A DNA stretch of 64,000 bases from Eledone cirrhosa (taxonomy: Eukaryota). The stretch's first letter is position 1. The number at the start of each line of letters is the position of its first letter. The notes under the pieces are model-generated. The model saw only the letters and a list, made by a program, of their open reading frames with translations. It searched no databases and was not told where the DNA came from. Below are positions 1-10,687 of the stretch, one piece after another. Both the position numbers and the translations under genes were made by a program. The stretch is from contig OZ024745.1 in the NCBI GenBank assembly GCA_964016885.1, positions 14,570,001 to 14,634,000 of the forward strand, read 5' to 3'.

Positions 1-236
1 ATTATTGGCCTTGTGCGAAAAGTAGAAACAATTATTACCAGTGGGTGAATTGGCAATATCGGTAGAGGATCGGATGCCATGCTTTCCAGCATAGCTACGT
101 CCCTTTACGTTCTGAGTTTAAATCCTGCCAAGGTTAACTTTGCCTTTCATCCTTACGGGGGTCGATAAAATAAAGTACCAGTAATGTACTGAGATAATTG
201 CTGGCTTTGTGCCAAAAGTAGAAACAATTATTACCA
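1..236 (+). mobile_element. tRNA-derived SINE, preceded by the 3' end of a second tandem copy
   Basis: A-box-like TGGCAATATCGG, B-box-like GAGTTTAAATCC, body 'ggttaactttgcctttcatccttacggggtcgataaaataaagtaccag' and tail 'gccaaaagtagaaacaattatta'. About 10 related copies occur in the window. Confidence 0.85.
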
Positions 237-1138
237 GTGGGAAATAGAGTTGAGAATGAAATTGATTTAGAAACATTTATCTTTGAGGACATTGCAGTTA
301 ATTACACTAATACAGAATGGATGTCAGACAGAATAATTTTAGCTGCTAAAAACGATAATGTTGATGCTATTAATATACGACTACTTACCAAAGTAGAGGA
401 ATATAGATTAAGAACTTACAATTCTATAGATCAAGTAGTGGATACAAATGAAGCAGTAGATTTTCCGGTTGAGTTCTTCAATTCATTAGAATTATCGGGA
501 TTTCTACCATATGAAGTGAATTTGAAGAAAGGAGCTCCAATAATTCTTTTGAGAAATTTACAAACTCAAAAAAGTTATACACCGGAACGAGGTTAATAGT
601 GGAATCCCTTACAAATAATGTAATTGAAGCAAAAATACAAAATGTAAAGTACAAAAATTAATTAGTATTATTACCAAGAATTAAATTACTTGCAGAGGAG
701 CCAGTGAGGTTTACAAGATTACAATTTCCAGTTAAACTAAGTTTTGCTATGACAATAAATCATAAGGTCAAACATTTAAAAAAGTTGGTATCAATCTTAA
801 AAATGAAGTATTTTCTCATGGACTACATGTATAACTTTCAAGATTGGAAGATCCTAATAATCTTTATTATTACATAAAAGATGAGGGCGGTGGATTGGCA
901 GTATCGGTAGAGAGTCGGACACCATGCTTTGCAGCATAGAGTTACGGCCCTTTGCAGTCTGAGTTCAAATCCCGCCGAGGTTAACTTTGCCTTTCATCCT
1001 TAAGAAGTCTATAAAATAGGGGTCTATTTAATCGACTTTCCCCTCCCCCCAAATTACTGGCCTTGTGCCTATAGTAGAAACAATTATTACACAAAAGATG
1101 AAAATGTTAAAAATATTGTTTATGATGAAGTTCTTTAG
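237..1138 (+). pseudogene. Helitron PIF1-like helicase, C-terminal fragment (frameshifted, interrupted by a SINE)
   Basis: ORF 237-596 has ILAAKNDNVDAIN...FPVEFFNSLELSGFLPYEVNLKKGAPIILLRNL. Later frames read GTRLIV, LPRIKL, RLQFPVKLSFAMTIN, GQTFKKVGINL..EVFSHG and end in KNIVYDEVL* (TAG 1136-1138), the typical Helitron helicase C-terminus. Confidence 0.9.
884..1091 (+). mobile_element. tRNA-derived SINE inserted in the Helitron helicase, with target-site duplication
   Basis: Same SINE family. Flanked by attattaca(t/c)aaaagatga at about 865-883 and 1083-1101. Removing it restores the reading YYIKDENVKNIVYDEVL*. Confidence 0.88.
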
Positions 1139-1654
1139 ATATAAACAAATTTCTTTTTTTAAATTAAACCAAAAGTAAAAACAAAACTGCCCCCCCCCCA
1201 TAATTAACTGGACGATTTAAAACAAAACATTATACTCGCTACTGATCGAATTTTATCAATATTATATGTTGTTGAATATAATATTCTGAAACGAGGTTAT
1301 TGTTAAATTAATTTGATATCGATACTATAAAGCTGAGGGCCGTATGTAGGTAACAAACTTTCCGCCAAATGGTTGGACCAAACAGCACCAGATTTGCATC
1401 ATAGATGTAACTTTTTCCAAGTAAAAAAGTGAGCGTAGTTTTGTCTACTGAATTTTGTTAAAAAATTAAAGACATTATTTAAATATTCACTTCTTTAAAA
1501 TTTAAAATGTCAACACATCCGGTTATACGTCATTCCTCACTTTTTCTTATGACGTCGCACAACATTCCCCTCTTTTTCTTAGTCTGTATGTCTGGCTCTC
1601 TGCATTAGATAACGTTTTTCGAAATATTTACTTCTGCGTTCTCAGACGGATTTT

Positions 1655-1733
1655 TTTAGTTTCAGAAGATCCCGTTAAGGGTGAAAAGAGCGATTCTTTA
1701 CTTAAACTTTAATCTGTTATTTTAATATATATA
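1655..1733 (+). mobile_element. Solo Penelope-like pLTR fragment with a degenerate hammerhead motif
   Basis: Nearly identical to the arm of the 29637-29773 palindrome: agttt-CAGAAGA-tcccgttaagggt-GAAA-...-tt-aaact, ending in (TA)n. Confidence 0.6.
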
Positions 1734-1798
1734 TTCGTGTACAGATATTTTTGCATACACAAAAACAAAAACCTATTTATTTCACGAAAGCACAGTCG

Positions 1799-2270
1799 GC
1801 TTATCGTCATTGTTACTGTTTGAGGTCTTTCCAAGATCTGAGAACCATCAATGCCATCAATGTTCCACTTACCATTTGGCTTGCCAGATGCGTGGTATGT
1901 TACACAATGACAGCCATTGCAAGAAGCAGCAACTGCTAAAGTTCCTTCTCAGCTGCGAAAACATTTTGCTATTATGCTGCACAACTGCGATCTCCCCGAC
2001 CCTCTCGCACTGTGGAACAACCACTGTGAAAGCCTATCTGAGGACATCCTCCACCGCACACGCAGACACAATCCAAACGTAACATACGATGTCGTTTTCA
2101 ATGAGGCGCTCATTTGTCTTGAAAACAGTGTCCTGGAGATTAGTGGTAGGCCTCTAAGTCACTACAGCTTAGCTGCTCCTGACAGGCGTGTCAAGAGGTC
2201 AATGTCTACAGAGCTTCTCCGCGAGACGAGCTACGAAATCAGTGATTCTCCCATGGTCAATTGTATGTAG
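1799..2270 (+). pseudogene. Helitron Rep-helicase linker fragment
   Basis: SFQDLRTIN, TYHLACQMRGML and MQEAATAKVPSQLRKHFAIMLHNCDLPDPLALWNNHCESLSEDILHR...FNEALICLENSV match the region between the Rep and PIF1 domains of Helitrons. Confidence 0.8.
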
Positions 2271-2630
2271 GATGCTCTAGGGTGAGCTCGCGAAACAATC
2301 TCTTCATCTTTGCTCCGGAGGGCCGAACAAAAAATATTGTATACTCTGAGGCTCTAACAATGTAATTTAAATATTTTCTGTTACTTGGAATTTCCATTAT
2401 GGTTGTACAAATTATTGTTTGTTAAAAAATTTGTTCTCTGTAAAGCCTTTATTGTTGTAACTATCAATTTTCTTTAACGTACTGGCTGCTGAACTGGGGA
2501 ATCCTAAAAACTATTCAAACCCAACATCAGAACATGTTACCCTCCCCCCATAGGTGACTTCAGAGCGCGTGCGGTATCTTTACACTGGAGTGTAGGGGGA
2601 TTCCTGAAAAGATAAAATGCCGATATACCT

Positions 2631-2661
2631 AGCCGGACTCCAGCTGGACGGGCCAGCTAGT
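2631..2661 (+). mobile_element. Helitron 3' terminus (hairpin + CTAG|T)
   Basis: GC-rich hairpin around the palindrome tccagctgga, then gccagCTAG (2657-2660) followed by T, downstream of Helitron coding fragments. Confidence 0.6.
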
Positions 2662-2692
2662 ATATATACATATAACGTCGCAGTCATTATAC

Positions 2693-2733
<41 letters not shown>

Positions 2734-2933
2734 GAGTGACAGCAGTTGGCCCTTTATCTATCTGTCTGTGTGCCTGTCTGTCGTAGACGCAATGGCAATG
2801 TTGTGTCTTGCTAGATATGCAAGATAAACAGCAAAATAAACCTTAACTTCTACAAGACACACACATAGATTTGTACCTCTATATACAACTCTGTAGAAAC
2901 ATATCTATATATCTACCTACCTATCTCTCTCCT

Positions 2934-3436
2934 AGCAGATATGGAAATAAACGGAATAGTTTTTTAGGTTTTTTCGTTGTTTTTTTTCTCAAGAAACCGC
3001 TACTATCATATCGATAGAAACGGGTATTTTTTATTCTCTCTCTCTCTCTCTTTCTCTATCTATTTATCTATCTAGCTGTTTATGTCAAAGGATTTTTTTT
3101 TTTATTATAGTTCATTTAATAATTTTACAATTGTTTGTATTTATTTCTCCCTTCTTCTGGCAACCACAATAATCGATTTAAACTTGTTGAATTCATTTCC
3201 ATATTCTGAACATTAAGCCAACTACAGAAAGCATTCTCAATAGGAGAATGAACTGGATTTGTCTAGTATAACAATAAAGCTATTGTGTAGCATGAATGAC
3301 ATAAACAAAGCGTTAAGCCTTATGTTTCAGGAATAAAAAAATACCCGTTTCTATCGATATGACAGTAGCGGTTTCTTGAGAAAAAAAAAACAACGAAAAA
3401 ACCTAAAAAACTATTCCGTTTATTTCCATATCTGCT
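2934..3436. repeat. ~100-bp inverted repeat pair (2934-3036 / 3331-3436) with a ~295-bp spacer
   Basis: agcagatatggaaataaacggaatag...gaaacgggtattttttattc is the near-perfect reverse complement of gaataaaaaaatacccgtttc...ccgtttatttccatatctgct. Confidence 0.9.
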
Positions 3437-3667
3437 CTAAACACTAGAATAACTAGACAATGTGATTCCTTGTTCAGATGAAGGTTCAAATCTGAAGGAG
3501 TTTCAGTGATATAATTTCGGATTAAGTTTGTGTTACGATTGACCTGAATACAGAATACATTACCATCTTAGGTTACATTAAATCATGAATACGACCATTT
3601 CAGTTTAAGACCCATATTTATTTCATGATACACATAACATCTCTTTAATTTTTCACCTGCATTATAC

Positions 3668-3890
3668 TGGAGCTGGATTGGGAGTAGCATCGGTAGGGCC
3701 TCGGACAACATGCTTTGCTGCATATAGTTACACCCCTTTACGTTCTGAGTTCAAATTACGCCGAAGTTAGCTTTGCTTTTCATCCCTTACAGGGTCGATA
3801 AAATAAAGTACCAGTAATGCATTGGGGTCGATTTAATCGACTTTCCCCTTCCTCCATAAAATGTTGGTCTAGTGCCTAAATCAGAAACCA
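3668..3890 (+). mobile_element. tRNA-derived SINE
   Basis: Same head, body and tail as the copy at 884-1091. Confidence 0.85.
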
Positions 3891-4525
3891 CTACGCTGAT
3901 TTTTCTAAAATAATTTTAACCATGTATTTCACAGTGCTTCCTACAACAATACTATTTTCCCGAAGCCATACGACCATCTCAGAGGCATGTTTTCTATGAA
4001 TTTCTAGATTCCTAAGCTGTAGAATAATTCGCTAAATTTGTTATTGTTCTGGGAGAGAGAGGAATTCGCAATTTTTGCAGATATGATTTAAACGAATGTA
4101 GGTGGAACAAGTATCTAACTTCACTAATATCCCCGAAACCTCTAATTTATTGATTTATCCTTTGTGCCAGCATCACGTCTGCAATAAAATATATTTTGTA
4201 ATCTTAAATACATGAAGGTAACATTTAAAAACAGATAATTAAGTAGTTTAAATAGATTTGAAAAATGAAGTAGCTCATGATGCTTTTACTAAAATTAATT
4301 GGGTGTCACATCCACTTTGATGGCTTCGATGATTAATTTTCGAATATTCCTTGATTGTATGTATTGCATGAGAATATCTGTCGAATTCTCTTAATATCTA
4401 CTTTTTCTGATATAATTTCTCCATAGAGGGAATCTCTACTTCGTTGCTAGATTCACGTAAATATGAGGTCGAACAGCTCTAAAATCACATACATTCTTAA
4501 AAAAGAAGACTGGTTTCTGTTATTT

Positions 4526-4716
4526 TGCGGTGGATTGGCAGTATCGGTAGAGGGTCGGACGCCATGCTTTGTAGCAAAGAATTACAGCCCTTTATGGTTT
4601 GAGTTCAAATCCCGCCGATGTTAACTTTGCCTCTTATCCTTACGGGGTCGATAAAATAAACTACCAGTAATACACTGGGATAATTGCTGGCCTTGTGGCA
4701 AAAGTAGAAACAATTA
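4526..4716 (+). mobile_element. tRNA-derived SINE
   Basis: gcggtggattggcagtatcggtagagggtcggac...gagttcaaatcccgcc...aaagtagaaacaatta. Confidence 0.88.
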
Positions 4717-4843
4717 GTTGTTTTGCTCCCGCTCTGGAAAACGACCATGTAGTGCTTCGATACAACACACACACACACACACACACAGAGTAATAAAAGA
4801 GCGAGAGAGAATGAGAAAGAGAAAATGAGAGAGAGAGAGAGGA

Positions 4844-4879
<36 letters not shown>

Positions 4880-5134
4880 CGAGAATGAGAAAAAGAAAAT
4901 GAGAGAGAGAGAACATACTCCTTAAGTGAATTTAGAATACACATTACCTATTTGTTTAAATGTTAAATGCCAGTTCTGTCAAATGTTATACTCATTGGTG
5001 GAAGTTTTAAACTTGTTAATGAAGTTACTAATACATCTATTAGCAACTTAAATAAATACTCGTTAGATGAAATAAACCCATTATCCTCGAAAGTATATCA
5101 CAAAACATAAAAATAGGATATTCTATAAGACACA

Positions 5135-5316
5135 TACGAGGATCGGCTGAAGAGATACTCTCATGGAATGACCAAATGAGGTTTATATTTTATCATAGTC
5201 CCTGGAAAGAAACAAAGCAGTTATTAAGAAGAGTTGAAATTAATGCATGCAAGATTTCACAGCTCTAGCTTCACTCCTTTATTGTCAGCTTTTGAACTTT
5301 TCAGCCAACCCTCGTA
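5135..5316. mobile_element. Tc1/mariner-type MITE
   Basis: TA|cgaggatcggctgaa ... ttcagccaaccctcg|TA terminal inverted repeats with a TA target duplication. Related copies at 32520-32617 and 43510-43698. Confidence 0.75.
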
Positions 5317-5625
5317 CTACATATATTTTGAGATAGGTATTATCACAAGGAAATATATTATTATATATATAAGAACATGAATATAAAGAACACGAAGTGA
5401 CACAGTTACTACAGGAAGAGTTTCGATAGATGTATGCTCAAATATATACCATCTAAATATATATTAACACACTTATGTAGCAGGTATGGCTGCAGGGTTC
5501 TGAGTAGAACCTTTGGCACGTGCATTTAACTAGATCTTCCGGTTGACTAATGCCTGGGGAGGAAAATTTAGTAGATTAAAACTCTGTAGAGACCTGCTGC
5601 ACATATGAATATATACATACATACC

Positions 5626-5720
<95 letters not shown>

Positions 5721-5845
5721 TAAGTATGTTTTGAAACAGCGAGCAAATTTTGAAATTAGAAATAGAAGCTTTCATCGTAATGTTTGCCTAAAGAAATGTT
5801 TAGCCTGATAGTGGAGTTTCGAACCCTCAAAGAAATACTGAATAC

Positions 5846-5968
<123 letters not shown>

Positions 5969-6650
5969 TGTATGTATCTCTGCATATGTGTGTGATCTGT
6001 TTTTAGAAACATTGAGCGAATTAGAAGTTTCAAGGAACGTATGTTTTCACTCTAAAAATCGTCTTAAAAACCGGTCATATAAATCCACGGAGACAGGAAA
6101 AAGTGGATAGCGTCGCCCAGAGGGACTTGAACTCCCACCTACCTTACGTCGGATGGTCGTGCTAAACAGTGGCATAAAAACGTGGCTGACGAAATGTTTC
6201 GTTATTTACAGTCTTTTTAATCAACCAGAATATAAACAAGTGATCTATTTTTAGAGACATTGAGTGAACATGCATTTCATTGACATTAACCTAAGTGTTA
6301 GAAGCTTCAACAAACGGTGAAAGGCATTACAACACAAAAATCATAAAAATCAAATTTTCACTTTATATGTGTACGGTTTAACTATCTATTTAGCCAGGGA
6401 GGACAGAGCAGTGTCCTTGAATTGTTTCAAAGATTCCATGGCCGCTGGGTTGGAGAAAGGAAGAGGAAGTTATTGTTACACTGAAAAAAGCTTGCAATAG
6501 AATTGTCTTCGATAAAGCTTTGCAAGGACCAGTTGGTGTGGTTTAAGCGAGTGATGGGTTAAGTCTACTATCCAACTAGATCACAATGGAACTTAAAATC
6601 AACGCAAAGTAATACAATGCAGTAGATCTGACGCTCTAACAATTCTGCAA

Positions 6651-8313
6651 ATCTACCACATAGGACTCTTATTGTATTTATCTACCAATAAAAGATCTAC
6701 CACATAGGACTCTTATTGTATTTATCTACCAATAAAAGATCTACCACAGAGGACTCTTATTGCATTTATCTACCAATAAAAGATCTACCACATAGGACTC
6801 TTATTGTATTTATCTACCAATAACAGATCTACCACATAGGACTCTTATTGTATTTATCTACCAATAAAAGATCTACCACAGAGGACTCTTATTGTATTTA
6901 TCTACCAATAAAAGATCTACCACAGAGGACTCTTATTGTATTTATCTACCAATAAAAGATCTACCACATAGGACTCTTATTGTATTTATCTACCAATAAA
7001 AGATCTACCACAGAGGACTCTTATTGTATTTATCTACCAATAAAAGATCTACCACAGAGGACTCTTATTGTATTTATCTACCAATAAAATATCTACCATA
7101 TAGGACTCTTATTGTATTTATCTACCAATAAAAGATCTACCATATAGGACTATTATTGTATTTATCTACCAATAAAATATCTACCATATAGGACTATTAT
7201 TGTATTTATCTACCAATAAAAGATCTACCACATAGGACTCCTATTGTATTTATCTACCAATAAAAGATCTACCACATAGGACTCTTATTGTATTTATCTA
7301 CCAATAAAATATCTACCATATAGGACTATTATTGTATTTATCTACCAATAAAAGATCTACCACATAGGACTCTTATTGTATTTATCTACCAATAAAATAT
7401 CTACCATATAGGACTATTATTGTATTTATCTACCAATAAAAGATCTACCACATAGGACTCTTATTGTATTTATCTACCAATAACAGATCTACCACATAGG
7501 ACTCTTATTGTATTTATCTACCAATAAAAGATCTACCACAGAGGACTCTTATTGTATTTATCTACCAATAAAAGATCTACCACAGAGGACTCTTATTGTA
7601 TTTATCTACCAATAAAAGATCTACCACATAGGACTCTTATTGTATTTATCTACCAATAAAAGATCTACCACAGAGGACTCTTATTGTATTTATCTACCAA
7701 TAAAAGATCTACCACAGAGGACTCTTATTGTATTTATCTACCAATAAAATATCTACCATATAGGACTCTTATTGTATTTATCTACCAATAAAAGATCTAC
7801 CATATAGGACTATTATTGTATTTATCTACCAATAAAATATCTACCATATAGGACTATTATTGTATTTATCTACCAATAAAAGATCTACCACATAGGACTC
7901 CTATTGTATTTATCTACCAATAAAAGATCTACCACATAGGACTCTTATTGTATTTATCTACCAATAAAATATCTACCATATAGGACTATTATTGTATTTA
8001 TCTACCAATAAAAGATCTACCACATAGGACTCTTATTGTATTTATCTACCAATAAAAGATCTACCATATAAGACTATTATTGTATTTATCTACCAATAAA
8101 AGATCTACCACATAGGACTCCTATTGTATTTATCTACCAATAAAAGATCTACCACATAGGACTCCTATTGTATTTATCTACCAATAAAAGATCTACCACA
8201 TAGGACTCCTATTGTATTTATCTACCAATAAAAGATCTACCACATAGGACTCCTATTGTATTTATCTACCAATAAAAGATCTACCACACGGGACTATTAT
8301 TGTATTTATCGAC
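6651..8313. repeat. 44-bp minisatellite, ~38 copies, containing a 660-bp higher-order duplication
   Basis: Unit atctaccacataggactcttattgtatttatctaccaataaaag. The rare variant taacagatct occurs at 6821 and 7481 (660 bp, 15 units apart) with identical variant order between them. Confidence 0.97.
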
Positions 8314-8392
8314 CGAGAAAGAATATCAAGGTAAGTTGGCCTCGGCAAAATTCGAACTGAGAAAACAAAGAGCTGGAACAGATACTGCAATG
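8285..8392 (-). mobile_element. Diverged tRNA-SINE whose 3' end runs into the 44-bp array
   Basis: Reverse complement reads cagttcgaattttgccgaggccaacttaccttgatattctttctcggtcgataaatac, which is the SINE body. Confidence 0.7.
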
Positions 8393-9449
8393 TACTTTAT
8401 ATATATAGAAGGTTGCATAAATGAATTTTGAACCATCTTCACGTCTCCCAGTTTTTTCAGCAATAACAATTGCTTCTTAATAAGCCTCGTTTTATATAAC
8501 AAAAATAAATTCCCCAAAGTTATGATTATATTCGAAATAGAGGGATTAGGATTATATGTTTACATTTACTTTCATGGAGCTTGACAGGAAAATAATTGAA
8601 ACATTCATGCTCTGTATTTGTCTAGGTTGTGATGGACGAATTTATAATTTCACGGTAACCAAGTCCAATTTTGATTTTCTATACGCTTCTCTGGCTGAGA
8701 GCGAAGGCATTTTACAGAGATGTTAGCTCTCTAAGGTAGTCTACTCTGTAAGCCAAACTAAATCGTTCCATTGTATTTTTCGATTAATATTGACGAACTC
8801 AATTTTATGTATATATAAAAGAAGTTTCTATATATTTAAGGAATGATTTTCAGTATGTCCAATATGGTTTAATTTTTTTAATCATTGCTACTTAAATAAA
8901 TAAATAAATAATAAGTTTTTATTGCATTTTATGACCTAGCTGTAAATGTAATAAATGAATGCGATGGTTGCTAATGAAATCGATAACATCATAACGAACG
9001 TTTAAATTATATGTTAGTAATAAGGATGAACAAAAAAAAAAGGGCCAGTAATCATATGGAACAAAGGAGCCTACGTTTCTATTGGTGTTGCCATTGCTGA
9101 TACTATCCCCATGTCGGATCTCCTGGCATAATCGTCACTGGGTTTTAGGGGATAGAAACCTGGGTTTGAAATCAGAAGGCACAAACTGGGAACAGATAAC
9201 ACAAAGCTTCCCACCTGAAACTTTAAAAATCCCACTAATCCACCATCTCTGAACTAATACTTTATTTATCGACCTCAAAAACACGAACGGTAATCTTGAC
9301 GCCAGGGTGACTTTGAATTCAGAAAACTATAACAACTATAGAAGCATTTAATGCGTCGGTCTCGTTAATTTAGAGTAATGAAAAAATGAATTAATAAAGC
9401 AGTAAACAGGAAGTAGAAATTTAGTTGAGACGTAAACTTACTTTCAACA

Positions 9450-9790
9450 TCAGAATGTTTCAGGAAAGAATCACTGAACAGATTTTACTGGCAAAACCAG
9501 CAGGCAAGAGTCCCAGGAGTAGATCTCAAGATGGTTGGATAAGATCCAGGAGCTCGGCTGGATTCGTTTGGCGATCCAGCCGGATCAATTGGAGACGGGT
9601 TGCTTCTCACAGGACCCGATGGACGAAGTGTTTGCGAACTCAGCCCCTATGACCCGATCCTCGAAGAAAGGAAGAAGAAGAAGAAGAAGAAGAAGAAGAA
9701 GAAGAAGAAGAAGAAGAAGAAGAAGAAGAAGAAGAAGAAGAAGAAGCAAGGCGAAAATAAGAAGAAGAAAGAAGAAAAACAAGAAGATGA
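9450..9790 (+). mobile_element. 5'-truncated RTE-clade LINE 3' end with (GAA)n tail
   Basis: RMFQERITEQILLAKPAGKSPRSR..W.D.IQELGW..L.I...VASHRTRW matches the RTE C-terminal pattern. (GAA)n at 9671-9745. Flanked by diverged ~50-bp direct repeats. Confidence 0.7.
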
Positions 9791-10200
9791 AGGAGTAAAC
9801 TGAAAGTAGAAATTTAGTCGAGACGAATGCTTCCACATCAAAATGACAATATATGTCAGGCGCATATATATGTGGTTTATTCTGAATTAAATCAATTCAT
9901 TATAAAGTAATGTTTGTTATTTCGACCTCCAGCAGATAAAAAAAGGAATGTCAACCGGATTATAACTCAGAACATAATGAAACATATGTTACGATTTTAC
10001 AATCAGATTCGTGCGTGTCAAATCATCTATTTATCTATGTAGCAGTTCTTAATCCTTCGCTCTTTCTCTCTCCATTTGTGAGTCTCTGTGTCTGTTTATT
10101 TTCATGTATGTATGTATGTATGTATGTATGTATGTATGTATGTATGTATGTATGTATGTATGTATGTATGTATGTATGTATGTATGTATGTGTGTATGTA

Positions 10201-10271
<71 letters not shown>

Positions 10272-10308
10272 ATGTATGTATGTATGTATGTATGTATGTA
10301 TGTATGTA

Positions 10309-10361
<53 letters not shown>

Positions 10362-10687
10362 ATGTATGTATGTGAGAGAGCGTGGAGAGCCATAGCTCTA
10401 TGCTGTAAAGCAATTATAATAATACTGGACTGTAATACGAACGGCTTCAACTATACAAACTCTTGAAAGTCAACAGTTGACATAATCTTGTAATCTTGTA
10501 TCAGTAATGACGGTAATATATATATATATATGTGTGTGTGTGTGTAAGTGAGTAGCGTATGTGTGTTTGTTTGTATGTATGAGTGTTGCTGTGTGCGCGT
10601 GTATGTATGCGTGTGTGTGCGCGTGTATGTATGCGCGTGTGTGTATGTCGTACGTATAAGTGTCAATAAGTAAGTTTTTTTTTTTTT

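Noticed and set aside
6105-6175. tRNA-like sequence on the minus strand (GGGAGTTCAAGTCCC)
   Set aside because: Only the T-arm and acceptor side are recognisable and there is no full cloverleaf. It is probably a SINE head remnant.
6651-8313. Regular 44-bp array resembling CRISPR
   Set aside because: Units are contiguous with no unique spacers, there are no cas genes, and the context is eukaryotic. The same applies to 18819-19130 and 56906-58796.
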